64,000 bases of DNA from Muribaculaceae bacterium Zag1. Its GTDB lineage: Bacteria > Bacteroidota > Bacteroidia > Bacteroidales > Muribaculaceae. This document shows, one piece after another, positions 57,146 to 64,000 of the stretch. The stretch covers positions 773-64,772 of the forward strand of contig NWBJ01000030.1 of assembly GCA_002633115.1 (NCBI GenBank), read 5' to 3'. The notes below the pieces were generated by a model that worked only from the letters and a program-made list of their open reading frames with translations, did not search any database and was not told the origin of the DNA. The translations under genes and the position numbers were made by a program. The number at the start of each line of letters is the position of its first letter. The stretch's first letter is position 1.

Positions 57146-58216
57146 ATGAAGAAACATAACTTCTATGCTGGACCCTCAATCCTGAGCGAGTACACCATCA
57201 AGAACACTGCCGACGCAGTGCTCAACTTCGCTGACATGGGCCTGTCTATCCTCGAAATCTCTCACCGCAGCAAGCAATTCCAGGCTGTAATCGATGAGGC
57301 TACCGCCCTGGTGAAAGAATTGCTCGAAGTGCCCGAAGGATATTCGGTGCTCTGGCTCGGTGGTGGTGCATCTATGCAATTCTGCATGCTTCCCTACAAC
57401 CTGCTCCGCAACAAGGCTGCCTATCTCGACACCGGCACTTGGGCTCACAACGCCATCAAGGAGGCCAAACTCTTTGGCGAGGTTGACGTGGTCGCTTCTT
57501 CCGAGGCTGCCAACTACACCTACATCCCCAAGGGATTTACCGTCCCCGCCGATGCCGACTACTTCCACTATACCAGCAACAACACCATCTACGGTACCGA
57601 AATCCGCAAGGATCCCGATGTGCCTGTGCGCTTGGTTGCTGACATGAGCTCTGACATCTTCTCACGCCCCGTCGATGTGTCAAAGTATGACGCTATCTAT
57701 GCTGGCGCTCAGAAGAATCTGGCTCCCGCCGGCGTGACCATCGTCATCGTGCGCGACGACGCTCTCGGCCATGTCGACCGTCAAATCCCCACCATGCTCG
57801 ACTATCGCACCCATGTCAAGAAGGGTTCGATGTTCAACACTCCTCCCGTGCTCCCTATCTACGCAGCTCTCCAGACCCTGCGCTACTACAAGATGCTCGG
57901 CGGCATCAAGGAGCTTGAGAAGCTCGACCTGCAGAAGGCTGAGACCCTCTACAATGCTATCGACGCAAGCAAGATGTTTGTCGGCACCGTCACCGATCCC
58001 GGCGACCGCTCGATCATGAACGTTTGCTTCGTGATGAAGCCCGAATATAAGGACCTTGAGAAGGACTTTGTCGACTTCGCTACCGAACGCGGCATGGTCG
58101 GCATCAAGGGCCACCGCTCAGTTGGCGGTTTCCGCGCTTCGCTCTACAACGCACTGCCTCTGGCCAGCGTCGAGGCTCTCGTTGACTGCATGAAGGAATT
58201 TGAAGCTAAACACTAA
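57146..58216 (+). CDS. serC: Phosphoserine aminotransferase
   Basis: NFYAGPS, GGASMQF, DMSSD, AGAQKNL, GHRSVGG.RAS; -7 box at 57070-57077. Confidence 0.97.
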   Translation: MKKHNFYAGPSILSEYTIKNTADAVLNFADMGLSILEISHRSKQFQAVIDEATALVKELLEVPEGYSVLWLGGGASMQFCMLPYNLLRNKAAYLDTGTWAHNAIKEAKLFGEVDVVASSEAANYTYIPKGFTVPADADYFHYTSNNTIYGTEIRKDPDVPVRLVADMSSDIFSRPVDVSKYDAIYAGAQKNLAPAGVTIVIVRDDALGHVDRQIPTMLDYRTHVKKGSMFNTPPVLPIYAALQTLRYYKMLGGIKELEKLDLQKAETLYNAIDASKMFVGTVTDPGDRSIMNVCFVMKPEYKDLEKDFVDFATERGMVGIKGHRSVGGFRASLYNALPLASVEALVDCMKEFEAKH

Positions 58217-58228
58217 TCCGCGTGTCAG

Positions 58229-59149
58229 ATGAAAGTATTAGTCGCTACTGAAAAACCCTTTGCAGCCGTTGCTATCAACGGTATCCGCAAAGTAATGGAA
58301 GAGGCGGGCTACGAACTCTGCCTCTTGGAGAAATATACCGAGAAGAAGCAACTGCTCGAGGCTGTTGCCGATGTCGATGCTCTGATTGTGCGCAGCGATA
58401 TCGTCGATGCCGAGGTGCTCGACGCTGCCAAGCAGCTCAAGATTGTGGTGCGCGCCGGCGCTGGATACGACAATATCGATCTCGCTGCCGCTACCGCTCA
58501 CAATGTTGTGGTTGAGAATACTCCCGGCCAGAACTCCAACGCTGTTGCCGAGCTGGTATTCGGCATGGCTGTCATGGCTATCCGCAATATGTACAACGGC
58601 ACATCTGGCACCGAACTCAAGGACAAGAAGCTTGGTATCCACGCTTTCGGTCAGGTTGGCCGCAACGTGGCTCGTATCGCCAAGGGTTTCGGCATGGAGG
58701 TTAGCGCTCTTGACCCCTACTGCCCCGACGAGGTTATCATTGAGGCTGGCGTAAAGCCCGTGCACTCGGTCGAGGATCTCTATAAGGACAACCAATTCGT
58801 TTCGCTCCATATCCCGGCAACAGCCGAGACCAAGAAATCGGTTGGCTATGACCTGATCACCCTCATGCCCAAGAATGGCGTGCTCATCAACACCGCTCGC
58901 AAAGAGGTGATTGATGAGGAGGGTCTGGCTCGCGCTCTCGAGGCACGTCCCGACATCAAGTATGTCGCTGACATCAAGCCCGATTCAGCCGTTGAGCTCA
59001 AGGAGAAATTTGGCGACCGCGTATTCTTCACACCCAAGAAGATGGGTGCGCAGACTGCCGAAGCCAACATCAACGCCGGCATCGCCGCAGCCAACCAAGT
59101 CGTAGCATTCCTGCGCGACGGTTGCGACCGATTCCGTGTCAACAAGTAA
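58229..59149 (+). CDS. serA: D-3-phosphoglycerate dehydrogenase (short form)
   Basis: RAGAGYDNID, NTPGQN, INTARKEV; directly follows serC. Confidence 0.85.
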   Translation: MKVLVATEKPFAAVAINGIRKVMEEAGYELCLLEKYTEKKQLLEAVADVDALIVRSDIVDAEVLDAAKQLKIVVRAGAGYDNIDLAAATAHNVVVENTPGQNSNAVAELVFGMAVMAIRNMYNGTSGTELKDKKLGIHAFGQVGRNVARIAKGFGMEVSALDPYCPDEVIIEAGVKPVHSVEDLYKDNQFVSLHIPATAETKKSVGYDLITLMPKNGVLINTARKEVIDEEGLARALEARPDIKYVADIKPDSAVELKEKFGDRVFFTPKKMGAQTAEANINAGIAAANQVVAFLRDGCDRFRVNK

Positions 59150-59236
59150 ATCAACAAGTAAATAATGTGATGATTTTAGGAAAAAATTGTGATGAATTTA
59201 AGAACAAATTGATGAATAATTGTTTCTCAATTTAGT

Positions 59237-59276
59237 AAAAAAGGCAACTCCGTGAGGCGTTGCCTTCTTATTTTTT
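59237..59276. terminator. Bidirectional terminator between serA and the M16 gene
   Basis: AAGGCAAC/GTTGCCTT stem with an A run on the left and a T run on the right. Confidence 0.7.
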
Positions 59277-59372
59277 CATTCCCCATTTTTCATTTTTCAT
59301 TTTTCATTCTTCATTTCCCATTCTTCATTTCCCATTCTTCATTCTTCATTTTTCATTTTTCATTCTTCATTT
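59275..59372. repeat. Heptamer array (TTCATTY / CCCATTY) x14
   Basis: 14 in-phase units counted; the last contains the M16 gene stop codon. Confidence 0.95.
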
Positions 59373-60644
59373 CACTCCCGCAATGGCGATTCTCATCTGC
59401 CTCGGGTCGAAATATTTCTTGGCCATCGCCATTATCATTTCTGGAGTAATAGTATGCACAAGTTCGACTTGGCGGGTGAAATAGTCCGGCGGGAAGCCAG
59501 CCACTCTCATCGTCTTGTAGTAGTCCATCACCGATAGCGGACTGTCGAGGGTATCGATAATGCTCATCGAGACGAATTGTTTCACTCGCTCCATCTCGTC
59601 GGCATCCAATGGCTCGGTGGCCATGCGCTCCATCTCCTTGGCCGTCTCATCAATCAGAGGGCGCTGATAGGCTGGGTCGGTCTGGGCTGAAATAGAAATA
59701 TAGCTGCCATCGATACCGCCAAGCAGATAGGCCTGTATGCCGTAGGTGTAACCCTTATCCTCGCGGATATTCTTCATCAGACGACTGCCGAAATATCCTC
59801 CAAGGGCCGTCACCGCAAATCGCAATGGCAGATAGTCAGGATTCTTGCGCTCGGGAGCCGGGAGGGCTATTCTCACTGAGTTCTGCAAGGCGCCAGCCTT
59901 CTCAACAAATACCTCGCCCGGACCTTCGGCATGGTATGGACACTTCACCAAAGGCATGGCTGGCGATGAGCTTTGCATTGCCAAGAGCATATCCTTGACC
60001 TGCCCATATATTTTATCCGTAATTCTGCCGCCGAGCAATGCTATGCAGCCCGAGGCTGTGTACACCGACCGGTGGAAATCCACAATATCAGAGCGCGTGA
60101 TGCTCTCGATGTCGGCTGGCGTCTCCACTCTGGCCAGAGGATTGTCTGACCCTTGTATCATCGGTTGCAGAGCCTGTTGGCTCAGGGTTGCTACCTTGCT
60201 GTTATTGATGAGATTGGTCTTGACGGCCTTTTCTTTGTAAATCTCCAAGGCATGCTCGTCAAAGGTCGGGGTCTCTACCATGCGCGAGATGAGATCAAAC
60301 AGTCCATCGGCCAATGAATTGACCGAGGCGAAGGCCAAGATAGAATAATGCTCTGCGACCTCGTTGCGATGGATAGCGCCACGGAAATCCAATGCCTCTG
60401 ACATCTCAGCACCGGTCATGCCCTTCACGCCCTCGCGCAGCAAGGCCCCGGTGAGGTTAGCCACCGAGGCTGTCCGTGCCTCGACCATTCCTCCCGGCCA
60501 AAGCAGAAACAGTTGATTCAAGTCCTGAGTGCCGCTATCGAGCACTCGCAGCGTCGCCCCATTGTCGAGCAATTCGGTTGTGGGGACAGGCAGCACCAGA
60601 TTCCCTATAGGGTGAATCTTGGGGGGTATCGTGCGATCAAGCAT
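59367..60644 (-). CDS. M16 (pitrilysin/insulinase) family protein, probably the non-catalytic subunit type
   Basis: LGGYFGSRLMKNIREDKGYTYG motif; no HxxEH in the N-terminal domain. Confidence 0.8.
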   Translation of the reverse strand: MLDRTIPPKIHPIGNLVLPVPTTELLDNGATLRVLDSGTQDLNQLFLLWPGGMVEARTASVANLTGALLREGVKGMTGAEMSEALDFRGAIHRNEVAEHYSILAFASVNSLADGLFDLISRMVETPTFDEHALEIYKEKAVKTNLINNSKVATLSQQALQPMIQGSDNPLARVETPADIESITRSDIVDFHRSVYTASGCIALLGGRITDKIYGQVKDMLLAMQSSSPAMPLVKCPYHAEGPGEVFVEKAGALQNSVRIALPAPERKNPDYLPLRFAVTALGGYFGSRLMKNIREDKGYTYGIQAYLLGGIDGSYISISAQTDPAYQRPLIDETAKEMERMATEPLDADEMERVKQFVSMSIIDTLDSPLSVMDYYKTMRVAGFPPDYFTRQVELVHTITPEMIMAMAKKYFDPRQMRIAIAGVK

Positions 60645-61398
60645 TTTCTTGCGATTTAAGGTATTGGAATGCTCTCTCCAAGTCAGCGGGCGTATCGATT
60701 CCGATTGTCTGCCATTGGGTGAGCGCAGTCTTGATTTTGTATCCAGCCTGGAGCCATCTCAATTGCTCGAGCGATTCTGCAATCTCGAGGGGCGACTGCG
60801 GCAGCTTTGTGACAGCTGCCAGCACATCAGCCTTGTAGGCGTACACCCCGATATGCGCCAGATATGGGAACCTCTTGGGCCACTCTGCCTGAGGACAATT
60901 GCGCAGGTATGGTATCACCGAGCGCGAGAAATACATAGCGTAGCTGTCATTATCAACCACCACTTTGGGAGTATTTGGATTGCTGACTGCCTCGTAGCTC
61001 GCATCCTCGCCAAATGGGCGCACAAGCGTGGCTATCTCGGTGCGCTCATCATCGAAGCAGCCTTTCAGAGCGGCAATCTGCGACGGCTTGATAAAGGGTT
61101 CGTCGCCTTGTATGTTGATTACCACATCGGCGCCGGATTTGATATTGCAGTATGCCTCCTCAATGCGATCGGTGCCGCTGCGATGGTCGGGCGATGTCAT
61201 CACTGCCTTGCCTCCAAAAGCCTCGACGGCATCATAGATGCGCTGATCGTCGGTAGCGACAACCACATCGTCAAGCTCTTTGCGAGCCTGTTCGTACACT
61301 CTCTGTATCACTGGCTTGTCGCCCAGCATTGCCAAGGGTTTGCCCGGGAAACGCGTTGAGGCGTAGCGGGCCGGTATTATTCCTATAAAAGTTTTCAT
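60637..61398 (-). CDS. kdsB: 3-deoxy-manno-octulosonate cytidylyltransferase
   Basis: IPARYASTRFPGKP, NIQGDEP, HIGVYAY, LEQLRWL. Confidence 0.96.
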   Translation of the reverse strand: MKTFIGIIPARYASTRFPGKPLAMLGDKPVIQRVYEQARKELDDVVVATDDQRIYDAVEAFGGKAVMTSPDHRSGTDRIEEAYCNIKSGADVVINIQGDEPFIKPSQIAALKGCFDDERTEIATLVRPFGEDASYEAVSNPNTPKVVVDNDSYAMYFSRSVIPYLRNCPQAEWPKRFPYLAHIGVYAYKADVLAAVTKLPQSPLEIAESLEQLRWLQAGYKIKTALTQWQTIGIDTPADLERAFQYLKSQENA

Positions 61399-61454
61399 GA
61401 TCTTAGTCAATGGCGCAGCGTGGTTCTGTAATCCTACGCTGCAGCTTCTATCAT

Positions 61455-62789
61455 TTATGTTTCACTTACGTATAATTGGGCATTCTCAAATTTCACCACT
61501 TTCACGGCTCGCCTTGCATCGATGAATCCCATGATCGACACTGCGTCAAAAATCTTACCGCCAATTTCAATCTTGCCGCTCGGACGCAAATCGGTCACTG
61601 TCTCGGCCTCGCTGCCCACATAGTGCTTAAGCGATGTGTCAACGCTGCTGTAGCCATCCGACACTCTAAGTTCGGTTTGCAATTCTGATACTCGGCGTAT
61701 ACACTTTGGCCCATACTTCGAGGTCAAGAACCAGGTCAACCCTACCGCCAAAACCACTCCGACCGAGGTTATGGTTACGGCATCGACGATATCGACAGCA
61801 TAACCACCCTCCATCGCTGGGCCGTAGAACATAGCCCCCACAATCGATGCCAATATGGCGATTATGCCGCACACTCCGCATATCCCGAATCCTGGAATCA
61901 CAAACATCTCCAAGGCCAATAGCACCAGTCCTATCAAGAATAGCACTATCACCCAAGGAGCCATGGTGCCATTGACAGCCATCGGCAAGAAATACAGCAC
62001 GGCTGCCACAAAGGCGACTGCGCCGGCAAAACTCAGGCCCGGCGATTGCATCTCCATATAGATGCCGCCCAGGATTAACATAATCAGCACCGCCCTCACT
62101 CCGGCATTGGCCAGGAATCCGAGGATATGGTCGGTGGCTGTACTGTTGAAATATTCTACTCGGTAGGGCTGCTCGAGATGCGCAGCGATTACCTCGTCAA
62201 CACTTGTAGCCATGCCCTCGGCGTAGCCATGGGCGATAGCCTCCTCGGGGGTAAAGGTGAGCACGCTGTCGGGGGTTACCCAATGCTCGGCGATGGCTGG
62301 GTCGCGGCGCCATTCCCAGGCTCCAGTTTCTTCATTCCATCTCTTGCCATGGCTCTCGGCGGTCGAACGCATTATCGATTTCATGTACGACTGGTATTTG
62401 TCCGGTGCCGGGCTGCCATCAGGCGTGACCACCGTGCTGGCGCCGAGGCTCGCTCCGGGCGACATATACACCGAATCGCAAGCCAAGGAGATAAGCGAAC
62501 CAGCCGAAGCGGCATTGGGGTCAATAAAGGCGACTGTCGGTATCGGCAGCCTCAGCAGGGCTGTGCGTATCGAGTCGGCAGCATCGACTGCGCCACCATA
62601 GGTGTTGAGATGTATCACCACCAGATCGGCCCTCTTTTCTTGGGCTTCTACCAGCGCTCGCTTCGTGATCATCCACATCTTGGCATTTACCTCATCATTA
62701 AATTCCAGCACATACGCCAATGGCTCCTCGGCCCTCATCCAGCCTACAGCCACCACTGACATTATTAATATGTATAGTAATCTCTTCAT
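61455..62789 (-). CDS. Long NfeD-family protein (ClpP-like protease domain, TM region, OB fold)
   Basis: LNTYGG, AASAGSLI, EMFVIPGFG, TDLRPSG. Confidence 0.85.
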   Translation of the reverse strand: MKRLLYILIMSVVAVGWMRAEEPLAYVLEFNDEVNAKMWMITKRALVEAQEKRADLVVIHLNTYGGAVDAADSIRTALLRLPIPTVAFIDPNAASAGSLISLACDSVYMSPGASLGASTVVTPDGSPAPDKYQSYMKSIMRSTAESHGKRWNEETGAWEWRRDPAIAEHWVTPDSVLTFTPEEAIAHGYAEGMATSVDEVIAAHLEQPYRVEYFNSTATDHILGFLANAGVRAVLIMLILGGIYMEMQSPGLSFAGAVAFVAAVLYFLPMAVNGTMAPWVIVLFLIGLVLLALEMFVIPGFGICGVCGIIAILASIVGAMFYGPAMEGGYAVDIVDAVTITSVGVVLAVGLTWFLTSKYGPKCIRRVSELQTELRVSDGYSSVDTSLKHYVGSEAETVTDLRPSGKIEIGGKIFDAVSIMGFIDARRAVKVVKFENAQLYVSET

Positions 62790-62981
62790 TAAAATTAAAT
62801 TATATGTTTGGGGTTATCCACCCAGATGGTTAGTGCGTAGCGCGTCTCTTGTCTGTTAACATGGAGTGCGATAGCACGGAATGTGGGGTAGGCATAGTTA
62901 TGGCCCTAAAGGGATGAGTGCGTAGCACGGCTCTTGTCAGGCGTGAAGTGATTCTCTGATAATAAGTGACCTGCTATGTAC

Positions 62982-64000
62982 TCAATCATTGTTAATTTTA
63001 AATTTGTTGTCATTTACTTTTGACTTTTTGAAGTATGTCGGTGCCAAGCATACGCCCAGAGCCAAGTATATATAATAGGTGATGAGACGCCATATCAGAG
63101 CCATCACCAGTGCCAAGTCGAGATTGCCGATCAAGTCGCCATAGTATTCAGTGAACATCCACTCGCTCAAGCCCGAACTGCCCGGCGTGGGACTTACCAT
63201 CAGCACCACCCACACCACAAACTGTCGGCAAAATACCAAGCCCCAGTTGCATCCTGGGATGAATGCCCAGAAGATAGCGTTTACGATTAGATAGCGCGAG
63301 AACCATGACAGCACCGTAGCCCCAAACACATTGAGCCACCACGAGCGCGGGCAATGCTTCACCCAATCTGACGTGGCTATCATATTGCCCGTCATTTGTT
63401 GCACATTGGGGAGCCAGCGACGCAGCCATTTCATGCTGAACAGTTTGACAAACACCTTTTGCACTATCTGCGGTTTCCACAAGATGCCAGCATACAGGAT
63501 TGATGTCCAAATTACAATTCCGGCATAGACCAGCCAGAACACAATCTCTACGCCTTGCAGGAATCCGCTCCGATTCCCCGACCCAAACAATTGGTCGAGC
63601 GGCAGGCACAGCACTATTATCGGGCAAAAGATTACGAAGAAGAGTTCGTCGAGAAACAGCGTGGTCAGCGTCAGAGCCGTAGCCCGGCCCACCTTCACCC
63701 CCTCGGTATTGAGGTAAAAGATAGCCAAAGCGCTGCCGCCCACTGCCGATGGCGTGATGGCCGAGGTGAATGCGCACATCAGGTCGACGCGCAATGCCCT
63801 CTTCCACGACAGGTCGGGAGCCGCGATGGTATGGAATCGCCAGGTGAGGCCGAAATCTCGGCCCACCACAAACAGGCAAGCCAGGGCTATGCCCACCACT
63901 GCTCGCCAGCCAAAGTGTATGCTTGCGAAGGCAGCCTCAGAGAAATCGTCATGGAATAACCAGGCGATTACCCCAAGGCCTATCACGATAGGCAACGCTA
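62982..64000 (-). CDS. Lysylphosphatidylglycerol-synthase-TM / flippase-like membrane protein (5' end outside the window)
   Basis: Multi-TM; FTSAITPSAVGG, SPTPGSSG..E, WRLITYY. Confidence 0.75.
   Translation of the reverse strand, partial: ALPIVIGLGVIAWLFHDDFSEAAFASIHFGWRAVVGIALACLFVVGRDFGLTWRFHTIAAPDLSWKRALRVDLMCAFTSAITPSAVGGSALAIFYLNTEGVKVGRATALTLTTLFLDELFFVIFCPIIVLCLPLDQLFGSGNRSGFLQGVEIVFWLVYAGIVIWTSILYAGILWKPQIVQKVFVKLFSMKWLRRWLPNVQQMTGNMIATSDWVKHCPRSWWLNVFGATVLSWFSRYLIVNAIFWAFIPGCNWGLVFCRQFVVWVVLMVSPTPGSSGLSEWMFTEYYGDLIGNLDLALVMALIWRLITYYIYLALGVCLAPTYFKKSKVNDNKFKINND

Noticed and set aside
59252-59484. ORFs 59252..59449 and 59260..59484 (Phe/Ile/His-rich)
   Set aside because: Artefacts of translating the heptamer array
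62814-62829. DnaA-box-like TTATCCACC, and CCCAGATGG matching the 22385 palindrome arm
   Set aside because: Isolated short matches that are expected by chance

Overview
A Bacteroidales chromosomal segment. Gene content, TAnnTTTG promoters and A-rich SD-less leaders fit this; Muribaculaceae-like is my inference. It is mostly housekeeping: guaB and two PPIase-like genes, tamB, acyl-CoA ligase, the dnaN-dnaQ-coaBC-DUF4835-recN-rlmB cluster, ABC-F, yebC, pheT, folB/rnr, gyrB, tig-clpX-recQ (no clpP), AmgK-RapZ/MurU-like genes, cls, recR, floA, PHP phosphatase, long nagB-like gene, serC-serA, M16, kdsB and nfeD. I saw no rRNA, tRNA, CRISPR array, transposase or integrase. The most interesting candidates are: (1) a five-gene envelope operon at 33314-39911 with two PCMD lipoproteins, two paralogous beta-barrels and a coupled hydrolase; (2) a stand-alone, soluble, long phosphatidylserine-decarboxylase/PsiD-like gene with a 17-bp inverted repeat and a possible 27-aa uORF upstream; (3) 7-bp-periodic repeat arrays and palindromic elements anchored at start and stop codons; (4) a perfect 18-bp palindrome just upstream of the gyrB promoter; (5) a possible peptidoglycan-recycling neighbourhood (AmgK-RapZ fusion, MurU-like gene, membrane-anchored CW_7 protein); (6) a NagB-like domain with a degenerate active site fused to an intact deacetylase. 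Family assignments come from motif recognition only; no database search was run.
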